Virus record (IMG/VR): IMGVR_UViG_3300037067_026422
Source of the DNA: a virus
Taxonomy: Duplodnaviria; Caudoviricetes
Direction: 5' to 3' (one strand)
Length of the DNA: 64,000 bases
The notes under the pieces are model-generated. The model was not told the DNA's origin. It made no database searches and saw only the letters and a program-made list of their open reading frames with translations. Below, piece after piece: positions 9,783 to 18,800 of this stretch. The translations under genes and the position numbers were made by a program. Numbering within the stretch: position 1 is the stretch's first letter; each line of letters starts with the position of its first letter.

Positions 9783-10001
9783 ATGGACCTCAAGCAGGCA
9801 AAAGAAATCTGTGTGGCTCATACCAAATGTACCTGCAAGGCAGAGTCACCTGCTGTCATCAAAAAGTACCCGGATAAAACCTGTCCCTTCCGATTGGATC
9901 CGGTAGGGTGTGGGTTTATGGATTACCCATGTTTCTGGGATGTAGATGTAATGATGATAAAAGTTTCCTTAGGAAATAAGCAAGCAAAGCCTACTACGTG
10001 A
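9783..10001 (+). CDS. Small Cys-rich hypothetical protein
   Basis: AAGGA RBS; C..C..CPF..C..PCFW. Confidence 0.6.
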   Translation: MDLKQAKEICVAHTKCTCKAESPAVIKKYPDKTCPFRLDPVGCGFMDYPCFWDVDVMMIKVSLGNKQAKPTT

Positions 10002-10324
10002 ATCTTTTAATGAAAGGTAAAAATCTTATGAAAAGCAAATGTGCCTGGATACTTGGCAGTATGGTAGTTGTTTTGGTTTTTGCTTTATTATTCGTAGCTC
10101 TTTCTACCCAAACCCAGAAACCAGCTGAGCAAACTATAACTTCCAATAAAAAACTGATTAATCTTCCCGTTAAAAGAAATGGGTATCTGTTACTGGGTTT
10201 GAGAGTTGAAGAAACGATGATTGATTCTTGTGAGTATTTAATAGTGCGAACTCCCACAGGTAATCATTTCACTCTTACTCACAAAGGCAATTGTCAGAGA
10301 TGCTCAAAGGGAAAAAATGACTGA
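9998..10324 (+). CDS. Membrane-anchored IDSCEY/HKGNCxxC protein, paralog of 27707..28027
   Basis: N-terminal TM; IDSCEY...THKGNCQRC; true start may be 10028. Confidence 0.7.
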   Translation: MNLLMKGKNLMKSKCAWILGSMVVVLVFALLFVALSTQTQKPAEQTITSNKKLINLPVKRNGYLLLGLRVEETMIDSCEYLIVRTPTGNHFTLTHKGNCQRCSKGKND

Positions 10325-10607
10325 TATACTAAACAAAAAAATAAGCTCTGCAGATAATAAGAAAGTTAAAAGGGCACCCTCTTCCAAACCCTCAAAGAGG
10401 GTCTTTAAACAAGCCCTGGCTCTTCCTGGAATGGAGAGCCACATCAAGCGACTTAAAGCCTTCTGGAAGTCTCCTATGCCTTCTGATGAGGTTTTGGAGC
10501 GGTGGCTTATTGGGGAAATAGCAAAACAGTTCTATCGAAAGCGATTACTCAAGATGTCTCTTACTGATCTGATTGATCTTTTAAATGATATCAAGGATAA
10601 GTCATGA
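10317..10607 (+). CDS. Hypothetical basic protein
   Basis: Coupled ORF, 96 aa. Confidence 0.6.
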   Translation: MTDILNKKISSADNKKVKRAPSSKPSKRVFKQALALPGMESHIKRLKAFWKSPMPSDEVLERWLIGEIAKQFYRKRLLKMSLTDLIDLLNDIKDKS

Positions 10608-10717
10608 AAGTAAAACTTATTCTTACAGGGATATTTATAGTACTTGTGGGGTTGTCTGCTTTGATATGGTACACTGTATATCATCTAAGTCAAATACATT
10701 AAAAGGAGAGCAATATC

Positions 10718-11545
10718 GTGAAAGGTATACCAGATAACTGTGATATGTGTAAGTTACAGGAAGCTAAGTGTGCTTTGGGTACTATTCATGGATCACCAAC
10801 TTGTTGGGACAGTATCCACAAAGCATGGTTTGGAGTTATCATAGAAGAGCTTAAACGTCAGGGTGTGGATGCCCATATCATCGACACACATATGTCTCCT
10901 CTGCTTGCAATCAGTCGGGATTCGATGTGCAGCGCCTTCCCCAATCTCAAAGAGATATCGGAAGAGGAACCTTATACGCACACCCTTAAATTGATTGAAG
11001 AGTTTTCAGATAAACAGGTAGTCTGGGTCGGTAAGGATGGTCTATATTCGGGTGATGATTATCTATACCTGGATTTCGTATCTGAGAAAGACAACATAGA
11101 TGCTTGTTTCAAACAGGAAAGAGATGCAGATCAAATCATTAGTCTTACCAGAGATAAGGAAAATATTTGTCCTGATACAGAAAAAAGTACCGCTATGAAG
11201 GATCTTATTACAGGGATTCTAGAGGAATGTCTATCGGTTAGTGATGAATGGGGTGGTTCTAAACTGGCAGAGTGGAAATATGGATACAATGTCCTGGTAG
11301 ATGGTATCGAGGATGCTGTACAAAAGATCATCGAAGAAGTTTTCGCTCCTGTGCATAAGTCAGACACAATATCAAATGTCTGCCAATCTCTTTTGAAAGC
11401 TGTGCAAGATATAAACGATACCATCACGGAGATTAAAAAGGATACTGAAATGTTTAAGGCAGTTTCTGGAAATAGCAATTTAAGCAGATGGAATTTTAAA
11501 AATGTGAAAGGCAACGAGAATGAAACAAAGGATACCCCTGCCTAA
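10718..11545 (+). CDS. Hypothetical protein
   Basis: AAGGAG RBS, GTG start, 275 aa. Confidence 0.7.
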   Translation: MKGIPDNCDMCKLQEAKCALGTIHGSPTCWDSIHKAWFGVIIEELKRQGVDAHIIDTHMSPLLAISRDSMCSAFPNLKEISEEEPYTHTLKLIEEFSDKQVVWVGKDGLYSGDDYLYLDFVSEKDNIDACFKQERDADQIISLTRDKENICPDTEKSTAMKDLITGILEECLSVSDEWGGSKLAEWKYGYNVLVDGIEDAVQKIIEEVFAPVHKSDTISNVCQSLLKAVQDINDTITEIKKDTEMFKAVSGNSNLSRWNFKNVKGNENETKDTPA

Positions 11546-11627
11546 ACAGGTAGAGAAAGTACATAAGGATGCTTCAATGTATGATCGGAAGAGGGACAAA
11601 AAAATACCTTTAGAGGAAGGTACAGAT

Positions 11628-11849
11628 ATGAGTAATATGGACAAGCTAAATAAGCTGGCAGAGATTGAAGGGAAGTCAAAGGAGCAGTTACTTGAGGATG
11701 CAGTAATGGATTCGGCATGTATGGGTATCTGTACAGAACCTGGATGTAATTACACGAGAGAAGTAGAGCCTGATCAGGATAAAGGTTACTGTGAAGCATG
11801 TGGCAAGAACACCGTAGCATCCAGTTTGGTACTTGCTGGTATCATATAA
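11628..11849 (+). CDS. Small zinc-binding phage protein
   Basis: GICTEPGCNYT.EVEPDQ..GYCEACG; RBS GAGGAAGG; ORF extends upstream to 11520. Confidence 0.65.
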   Translation: MSNMDKLNKLAEIEGKSKEQLLEDAVMDSACMGICTEPGCNYTREVEPDQDKGYCEACGKNTVASSLVLAGII

Positions 11850-11872
11850 CATTTGAAAGGGAGATATAAGAT

Positions 11873-12187
11873 ATGCATTTCATAAGAACATTTAAAGGGG
11901 GCGGTGCCGACTATGATTTTCGTCAGAAAACCTGGGCAGTCTTTCATTGTGATGTGTGTGGTGAGGATGAAGAAGTAGATATCACAGGGAGACAAGGTAC
12001 TTTTCTATTTAATGTACCAAGACGATGTCCTCACTGCAAAAGTATTGGGAAAGATGACTACATCATCTCTCTCAAAAAAGAAATTGAAACACTGACTTCT
12101 ACTAAGAACAATATTAAAATCACCATTGAGCAGCTTACAAACAAACTGGCTGCACTTACGAATGAAACATCAATAGGAGGCAAATAA
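11873..12187 (+). CDS. Zinc-ribbon plus coiled-coil protein
   Basis: CDVC...CPHC then heptad-like C-terminus. Confidence 0.65.
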   Translation: MHFIRTFKGGGADYDFRQKTWAVFHCDVCGEDEEVDITGRQGTFLFNVPRRCPHCKSIGKDDYIISLKKEIETLTSTKNNIKITIEQLTNKLAALTNETSIGGK

Positions 12188-12188
12188 A

Positions 12189-12644
12189 ATGTCACGTACT
12201 CCCATACATACCCCAGAACAGCTTCAGGGTCTCATCAGCATCTATGGTAGCGCCTATGCCGCAGCCAAAGCTCTACGAATCACACCCCAGGCGTTCTATG
12301 ATCAGATGCACAGCAAAGGTATGAAACCAAAAGGATATGCATTGCTTGAGGGTGAGCCCAAGGGCAAGATGAAAAAAAGAATCTGGTTGCAGGACCTGAT
12401 CATCAAGCATCACAATAATTTATCTGCAGTAGCCAAAGAGCTCGGTATTAGCAGGACTGCAGTAGTAAGTCGTATGGGCAGTTATAGAATCAAAAGCAAA
12501 TACCCTACCAAACTTGAACGACAGTGTGAGTTTACGAAAGTCTTCATGAATAAAAAAGGTAAAGTGAAAGACATAGCCAGGGTGTTAAAGGTTACTCCTG
12601 CTGCGGTATATGAGAGAGTTCATAGATATATGTTGGTTACATAG
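12189..12644 (+). CDS. Multi-HTH DNA-binding protein
   Basis: Three HTH-like repeats (AAAKALRITPQAFY; AVAKELGISRTAV; IARVLKVTPAAVY). Confidence 0.75.
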   Translation: MSRTPIHTPEQLQGLISIYGSAYAAAKALRITPQAFYDQMHSKGMKPKGYALLEGEPKGKMKKRIWLQDLIIKHHNNLSAVAKELGISRTAVVSRMGSYRIKSKYPTKLERQCEFTKVFMNKKGKVKDIARVLKVTPAAVYERVHRYMLVT

Positions 12645-12713
12645 TGCTCAAGTAGTATCTGCTTATTTTTAAGTATAGATTTAGTATAACTTAAAAAGAG
12701 GTATAATTTTTAT

Positions 12714-12974
12714 ATGAATCAAGCCATTATTAGAACAGGTTATGAAAATAGCAGTAGCAGTAGCAGGAGTGGTAGCAGAAGCAGGAGTGGTAGCTGGAGC
12801 TATAGCAGAAGCAGGAGTGGTAGCAGGAGCTGTAGTAGTAGCAGTAGGGGTAGCTGGAGCAGTAGCAGGAGCAGTAGCTGGAGTGGTAGCAGGAGCAGGA
12901 GGGGTAGTGGTAGCAGGAGTGGTAGTGGTAGCAGGAGGGTTAGCTATAGCGGTAGCCGGAGTGGTGCTAACTGA
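12714..12974 (+). CDS. (X-Ser)n low-complexity peptide, copy 3 (leader MNQAIIRTGYENS)
   Basis: Upstream AGAGGYATAATTTT and leader shared with copies 1 and 2; 86 aa. Confidence 0.7.
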   Translation: MNQAIIRTGYENSSSSSRSGSRSRSGSWSYSRSRSGSRSCSSSSRGSWSSSRSSSWSGSRSRRGSGSRSGSGSRRVSYSGSRSGAN

Positions 12975-13084
12975 AGTGCCAAAGTATCATATGGAACGGT
13001 TAGGTTCTCCTTGAGTAGTTCTTCAGGTGGATTGACATCCTGCAGGAAGAACAATTTTACTCTTCATTTTTTAAGGGGAGTGGT

Positions 13085-13435
13085 ATGGTTACTGAGCAAG
13101 CAGAAAGTATTACTTTCTTTAATACAGTTAGAAGGATAAAAACTATCCCAACGAATACTCCGATATATCTTACTTGCTCCTACCCAAATCAGGATGATGT
13201 GGAAATGTTGGTGATCCCACAGTACTATAGCAATGGGTTCTTCCACTGTACAGTACTTGCTGTAGGGAGCCGGACACCCCCGGTAAAGTATGCCCCTGAA
13301 AAAGGTCAGGTAGATGAACAGCTAATCCGGGTCGAACAGATTATTAAATGGAAACCCTGGCGCAAAGAAGATAACTTCTTGCACTTCGGTAGAGGGTACG
13401 TTTCCGAAAAGTATATAAGCATGTTACTCAATTAG
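13085..13435 (+). CDS. Hypothetical protein
   Basis: GGGGAG RBS; C-terminus loosely resembles that of the 1431 ORF. Confidence 0.65.
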   Translation: MVTEQAESITFFNTVRRIKTIPTNTPIYLTCSYPNQDDVEMLVIPQYYSNGFFHCTVLAVGSRTPPVKYAPEKGQVDEQLIRVEQIIKWKPWRKEDNFLHFGRGYVSEKYISMLLN

Positions 13436-14136
13436 TGATAAAAAATATGATCAAGCTAAAGAAAGAAAGATATCTTGCAGACAATCTTCCCGCTTATGAA
13501 GAAAAGCGTTGGCAGGCCGTTCTCCTATATAAACGGATTATACAGGGGCCTTGGAAGAACTTATTCTCGGAGATGGGTAAATTAAAGGAAGTGTGGGGAT
13601 ACTATGAGGGTAAAAAGGTATACTTCAGCTATGATGGGTATGGCTTAGCTCATTATAGCCCAATAGAGGGTAATGACAGAGCGGACATATTTGTAAAGTG
13701 CCTGGATAAAAAAGAACTTCCCCTGTACATAAATTCACCCTATGAAATAGTACAGACAGCCATTAAAGCGAGGATGGTTGGTGATAAAAGGTATGCCCCT
13801 GTTGTTAGACGCGACGACCTCATTGAGTTACATTACAAATGGGAGAATAGAGCAAGACATGTGCGTAAAGTAATCGAACTTTATGATAATATAATGGGGG
13901 AGCATCTGTTTAGCCTGTACCACCGAATGATTGACAGTATAGCCTTTACCAGAAAGGTACTTACCCTGACTTTAAACAATCGTACATATGTTTACCAGAA
14001 TAGCACTTTCCTGGTCAAGCCAGAACAGGAAAACTTGCAGGTTACTCTTGACGTGCTTAAAAATGATGCAAAGATCCTGGAAGCAAAAACTCTTGTACCT
14101 GATACGATCTTTACCAACTTCAAGCCAAATGGATGA
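13435..14136 (+). CDS. Hypothetical protein with internal ELPLYIN motif
   Basis: LDKKELPLYINSPYEIVQTAIKARM. Confidence 0.7.
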   Translation: MIKNMIKLKKERYLADNLPAYEEKRWQAVLLYKRIIQGPWKNLFSEMGKLKEVWGYYEGKKVYFSYDGYGLAHYSPIEGNDRADIFVKCLDKKELPLYINSPYEIVQTAIKARMVGDKRYAPVVRRDDLIELHYKWENRARHVRKVIELYDNIMGEHLFSLYHRMIDSIAFTRKVLTLTLNNRTYVYQNSTFLVKPEQENLQVTLDVLKNDAKILEAKTLVPDTIFTNFKPNG

Positions 14137-14152
14137 CAAAGGAGATACATCA

Positions 14153-14635
14153 ATGAAACCTTTACTCATGCTTCTATCATCTGTACTTCTCATACAATGC
14201 AGTGATATCCTTGGGGAAGATCCTCAGACATTTATGCAACCTGTCAATATCATTGGTGAGTGGATCAGGGTGACTGAAACCCCTTCTGATGTCCAGGGGT
14301 TATACAGGAAAGATACTACGATCTATCAGATAGGTCTTGATTCCCTACAGAAATTTGTTACCTGGATAGATCCCTCCCTTTACAAACCAGTAACTTTCAA
14401 GATACTCTATCAGCGGGGTGGAACTAAATACGGATATCTGCATGAGCCAGATGAGGAGTATGACTGGGAGCTGGAAGAATCAAACCTCAAGTATAATCTT
14501 GACCTTGGGCTACCAGAACAAACGACACGGTATGAGATTAATTTCTCAGTACCAAAGAACTGCCCACCAGATACTTTGCGGGTTACTCTTGATAGGTCGG
14601 AGATCTTCGGGCTTAAAAAAAGAAAGGGGTTATAG
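14153..14635 (+). CDS. Putative lipoprotein
   Basis: AAGGAG RBS; MKPLLMLLSSVLLIQC lipobox-like signal. Confidence 0.6.
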   Translation: MKPLLMLLSSVLLIQCSDILGEDPQTFMQPVNIIGEWIRVTETPSDVQGLYRKDTTIYQIGLDSLQKFVTWIDPSLYKPVTFKILYQRGGTKYGYLHEPDEEYDWELEESNLKYNLDLGLPEQTTRYEINFSVPKNCPPDTLRVTLDRSEIFGLKKRKGL

Positions 14636-14895
14636 TATGTACAAGAGTGAGTATTTCGAAGAAAAAGAAATAGAAAAGAAAAATACCTACACTTCTGCCG
14701 CACTGACCGTAGGGATAATCCTTACCGTCATAGTAGGTATAGCTCTTGCTGCAAAATGTATAGTAGCTTCAGGTTTATAAAAGCCCCTGTTAACCTTCTT
14801 GATCCTTTCTGAATAAAATTTATCACAAAAATCCTATATGCATATCTCATTATCACCTCAGTTATTAAGTGGACACATGAAAATCTATTTTTCTG

Positions 14896-14924
14896 TTGAT
14901 TAACTTATTCCATAAGGATACAAT
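14896..14924 (+). promoter_or_regulatory. sigma70-like promoter TTGATT-17-TACAAT upstream of the pilin-like operon
   Basis: Exact 17-nt spacing. Confidence 0.65.
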
Positions 14925-14987
14925 ATAGATATCCAAGAGATATCCCTCTCATCCTATCACCTTATTCAAGTAGAAAGAGAGTCGGCT

Positions 14988-15314
14988 ATGAAGATACTGG
15001 AGATTATTATCGCTACAATTGTTTTGGTAGCAACTACTCTGATGATTTGCAAAATGAATCGGGGGGCATCCTTGATGTCTCAGGATGCCCGGGCTAACGA
15101 TGCTGCGTATATAGTCGCGGAAAAGAAATTCACTGAACTATCTATCCAGGTCTTTCCAGTTGCTATCGGGGTGGATACAGCATTTGTTAATGAAGCCCCA
15201 TATATTCGTAACTGGGCTATATCTGACACAGGCCATATCCGTAGAGCAGTTGTTACGGTGACCTGGATGTCACTGGGGGGTAGTAGAAGTACAAATTTTT
15301 CAAGGGGTCTGTAA
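14988..15314 (+). CDS. PilV-like minor pilin, without a prepilin leader
   Basis: LEIIIATIVL hydrophobic helix; A..AEKK.EL; Y.R.W.I; V.VTVTW. Confidence 0.6.
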   Translation: MKILEIIIATIVLVATTLMICKMNRGASLMSQDARANDAAYIVAEKKFTELSIQVFPVAIGVDTAFVNEAPYIRNWAISDTGHIRRAVVTVTWMSLGGSRSTNFSRGL

Positions 15315-16426
15315 TGAGAAATCAGAAGGGTGTAACTTTAGTAGAGCTATTAGTTTATATGGCTCTGTTTGGTATCGTGGCGCTCATCATCCAAAGTCAG
15401 TACTCGAAAATGGCAAGTATTATCCACAGAGAAAAACAAATCACTGGTATCCAAATGGATTCAAGGAGTATCCTGTCTATCCTCCTCAAGGAAATCCAGA
15501 ATACTGGATGTAAAATTTATTTTACAGATGCCTCTGATGGTTTCAATAAAAATATCGATGCACTATCCTTCCAGAATGATTCATCTTCTTTTGTCTGCGA
15601 AGAAGGTAATCCAAGTGATACCCTAAAAATTTATAAGACTATACTTACAAGTACCGGAGGTTACGAAAGATCCGACTCTGTTAAATTTTATCTTACTGGA
15701 GACAGCTTAATTAAGGAACGGGATAATAAAAAAGCTAACATCAGAGGAGGTGTTTATGCCCTTCAGTTTCAGTATGGTGTAACTGCCAGTGATTCAATGA
15801 TCTATGACCTGTATCCTTTACCAAGTCCAGCAAACTGGATGGTATCCAATATGGAGGGTACTGCTCCTACTGTTCAGGCTCAGGGTAATTTGACTCAGGT
15901 AGCTTTTACCGGAGCTGCAACAGGTAGGGTTTATTATCTCAACTCTTTTTCTATTGCTAAGGACCAACAACTTAAAATATCCCTCTGGTTATCCCCCAAT
16001 ACATCCTTTGTAAATAATTTTGATTCTGCATACTGTTCGGTTTATGACGGGGATGTCAGAGTTGGATATGATAAGTTCATCCCAAATGGTTTAAAAACGG
16101 ATGTGATAGTTAGTGTTCCACAAAAAAGTGGGCTTAAAATAGCTATAGATTATTGGGTGAAAGGTTCCGGGGCTATTCTTATAAACGGTGCTGAGATTCG
16201 CAGATTCAATGATGGTGAATATACTTGGCTTGATAATCCCCCGCAAAATAAAAGGAAACTGGTTAAAGCAATCAAAGTCAATATCCTCACCCGAAGCAAA
16301 GCAAATGCCGGAGTTATAGTTGATACCCCTGTAACAGTTGCCAATATTTCTTACCCGAGATCTGGTAAGTTTCTTTGGCGTTCTTTCGAAGAAGTCATCT
16401 TCACACCAAACAATGGAATTTTTTAA
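15314..16426 (+). CDS. PilW-like minor pilin with prepilin N-methylation motif
   Basis: MRNQKG|VTLVELLVYMALFGIVALII (G-1, E+5); ALQFQYG; VKAIKVNILTRS; C-terminal PNN. Confidence 0.8.
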   Translation: MRNQKGVTLVELLVYMALFGIVALIIQSQYSKMASIIHREKQITGIQMDSRSILSILLKEIQNTGCKIYFTDASDGFNKNIDALSFQNDSSSFVCEEGNPSDTLKIYKTILTSTGGYERSDSVKFYLTGDSLIKERDNKKANIRGGVYALQFQYGVTASDSMIYDLYPLPSPANWMVSNMEGTAPTVQAQGNLTQVAFTGAATGRVYYLNSFSIAKDQQLKISLWLSPNTSFVNNFDSAYCSVYDGDVRVGYDKFIPNGLKTDVIVSVPQKSGLKIAIDYWVKGSGAILINGAEIRRFNDGEYTWLDNPPQNKRKLVKAIKVNILTRSKANAGVIVDTPVTVANISYPRSGKFLWRSFEEVIFTPNNGIF

Positions 16427-16436
16427 GGAGGTCTTT

Positions 16437-17996
16437 ATGAAAAATGAAAACGGTTCAGCAATTGTTCTCGGACTAATATTCCTGGTACTGATATCCCTAT
16501 CCGGAAGTGTCATGCTGACTTTCACGAGGATGGATAAAACAAATCAATCATCGTATAATCGAATAAGGACAGCACAACAGGCAGCTTTTACTGCCTTCAA
16601 AGCATGTGAAGGATCTTTTGCAAACGATCCTAAAAGTGCTGAGGCTATCTTGGAAGGATACACCAAAGATCATTCAAAGAAATGGTTGCTTTTAACTGCC
16701 GATAAAGCTGATACAGAACATAAGATAGCTCTGGATGGAGAACCCGGATCACCTAAGTATTCAGCTAATATTGTTGGGTTCGGCGTAGGGCATGATATTG
16801 ATGGGAAAGCAGGAGTTACTCCCTTTATAAAAATTGAAGGCATTGGTTATGGTAAAGTAGGGGGGGAGAAGAAAGGTATAGCTTTATACAATCTCAATGG
16901 TCTTATATATTCAGAACCCTCTCCACCAAAATATGCAATCTATATAGCCACTGATGGGTATGACTTTAACCAACCTATTCATCTGATCGGAGACATCTAT
17001 TTCGGTAGTGGGTTTCGGTTCAATTCAAATGCTAATGGTAGTATAATCGATGGCAATATAAAAACTGCCAATAAATCTACCTTAAGTGAATTCAATGGCG
17101 GGGTGACCATAAATGGTAAAGCCTTCTTCCAGACTCCTATAAAAATACAAAACTATACAATAACTATAAAAGGTAATGGTGGATTCAAAAGAAACATCGA
17201 GCTATCAAAAGACATAGTGCTCGGGGGGGACTCCTACTTTAATGGCAACCTGACTGGAAGCTCCAGAGCTGATCTGACAAATCACATAGCTAACTATTAT
17301 TCAGGAAAGGATGATCACTTCATTCATTATACCCCGTCTCCGAAAGGGTCAGCAATAGACATAGCAACAGAACTTGATATGCCTGATGGAGATGACCCCC
17401 CACCTGTATTTAATTTAAATGTACTCTCCCCATACGTCAGAGATGTACCCCATAATCCACCTCTTATCTTTACGGCAAATGAGATTCAGAAGATATATGA
17501 TGCTACTCCATCAAAGAAGAAATGGGAGGGGTATCTTGTCATGAGAATAAGAAGTTGTTCCAATGTGGACTTAAATAATACAAGTGGGGTCTTCAGCGGG
17601 AAAGTAATTTGGATCATTGAAAAACCCCTGGGGGTCAATGGTAACTGGTATGCCAGCGATGCAAACGCTTCCACAATAATTTATGTAAAAGATGGAGGTA
17701 ATTTAAGTCAATTAGGATGGCCTGGACATATGAAAGGATACATCTATGTAACTGGGACAGGGTCCATAACTTATGCATTCAAATCCGGATCAAGTTTTGA
17801 AGGTGCTATCAATCATGTGAATGGATCCGGGTTTCAAGTTAATACCAGTAATACTGTTACCATTCAGTATGGCGAAGCACTCATCAATGATCTATCGGCA
17901 AAAGGCTTGATAACAAAGACAATGTATAACTTAAGCCCTACGCTTAAGCTGGTGGATGCCAAGATAAGACCCGTGCTTATGTCCATGCAGTTGTGA
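16437..17996 (+). CDS. PilX-like minor pilin / pilus assembly protein
   Basis: AAGGAGG RBS; MKNENGSAIVLGLIFLVLISLSG PilX-type N-terminus lacking E+5; Gly/Asn-rich beta-helix-like body. Confidence 0.7.
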   Translation: MKNENGSAIVLGLIFLVLISLSGSVMLTFTRMDKTNQSSYNRIRTAQQAAFTAFKACEGSFANDPKSAEAILEGYTKDHSKKWLLLTADKADTEHKIALDGEPGSPKYSANIVGFGVGHDIDGKAGVTPFIKIEGIGYGKVGGEKKGIALYNLNGLIYSEPSPPKYAIYIATDGYDFNQPIHLIGDIYFGSGFRFNSNANGSIIDGNIKTANKSTLSEFNGGVTINGKAFFQTPIKIQNYTITIKGNGGFKRNIELSKDIVLGGDSYFNGNLTGSSRADLTNHIANYYSGKDDHFIHYTPSPKGSAIDIATELDMPDGDDPPPVFNLNVLSPYVRDVPHNPPLIFTANEIQKIYDATPSKKKWEGYLVMRIRSCSNVDLNNTSGVFSGKVIWIIEKPLGVNGNWYASDANASTIIYVKDGGNLSQLGWPGHMKGYIYVTGTGSITYAFKSGSSFEGAINHVNGSGFQVNTSNTVTIQYGEALINDLSAKGLITKTMYNLSPTLKLVDAKIRPVLMSMQL

Positions 17997-18439
17997 AATT
18001 AAAAATTACTCCCGTTCATCACTTCAATAGAGGATATGATATGGTAAAAATAAAGAAACCCAAAACTCTTGATTTGTTTCCTGAGGATAAGAATGTCTCC
18101 TCCGATGAGATTGCTTTGTTCCTTCAAATGGATCCCCAACAAGTAAAAAAAACCCTGCTCTCTTTTAAACAAAAGAAAGAGGATGGTGTTGCTAACCCTC
18201 TGGCATACTATAAAAAGATGTCCCCATCTTTTACCTGGTTCAAGATTCATGCCTTTGATACTGATGTTTATGTACGATCAGTAGGTGATACTTTTGTCTT
18301 GAATGGTATAATCGAGGGTGAAGAAAAAGGTTGCCATGTACTTCTCGTTGAAGAAGAACAATTTTTAGAAGTCATCAGCAGTGCCTTCAATAGTTTATCC
18401 GAGGATACAGCAAAGTTTGTATTGAACAATATCGAATAA
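17993..18439 (+). CDS. Hypothetical protein
   Basis: GTGA overlap or ATG 18041; ends at a terminator. Confidence 0.6.
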   Translation: MKLKITPVHHFNRGYDMVKIKKPKTLDLFPEDKNVSSDEIALFLQMDPQQVKKTLLSFKQKKEDGVANPLAYYKKMSPSFTWFKIHAFDTDVYVRSVGDTFVLNGIIEGEEKGCHVLLVEEEQFLEVISSAFNSLSEDTAKFVLNNIE

Positions 18440-18440
18440 G

Positions 18441-18468
18441 AAAAAGGGCTGAGAAATCAGCCCTTTTT
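18441..18468. terminator. Bidirectional rho-independent terminator
   Basis: AAAAAGGGCTGA-GAAA-TCAGCCCTTTTT between convergent ORFs. Confidence 0.88.
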
Positions 18469-18670
18469 ATCTATCACACATAAGACATCCTCCACTGCAC
18501 TTGTGCAAATCATAATCCTCCGAAACACCTTCATCCCTGGAAGTATCTGATAGCATGATCGAATCATAATCAGCTATGGGTATTTCCTTAATCATCATAG
18601 CATCCTTTTTTTCCTTCTTACCATAATCACAACGCATCATAAGAGGTTGAGTAAGCGCTTCTTTTTTCAT
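18467..18670 (-). CDS. Small hypothetical protein on the minus strand
   Basis: GGGG RBS-like; ends at the bidirectional terminator; C-terminal CSGGCLMC. Confidence 0.5.
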   Translation of the reverse strand: MKKEALTQPLMMRCDYGKKEKKDAMMIKEIPIADYDSIMLSDTSRDEGVSEDYDLHKCSGGCLMCDR

Positions 18671-18719
18671 CGATACCCCACTACTTAATAAAGTTAAATT
18701 AAGACTCCTTATTTTATAC

Positions 18720-18748
18720 TTGATTATCTCATTACAAAAAAGTATATT
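18720..18748 (+). promoter_or_regulatory. sigma70-like promoter TTGATT-17-TATATT
   Basis: Exact 17-nt spacing with AAAAAAG tract. Confidence 0.75.
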
Positions 18749-18800
18749 TTATAGGGTCACTCATGAATATGCTATTAACGCATTATTAGGAGGAAGCACT

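Noticed and set aside
9983-9998. GCAAAGCC as part of a c-di-GMP-I (GEMM) riboswitch
   Set aside because: The flanking GGCAAAC/GNRA stem and second hairpin are absent
7282-12974. DGR-style template/variable repeat explanation for the X-Ser variation
   Set aside because: No reverse transcriptase in the window, and the adenines in the AGY Ser codons stay invariant
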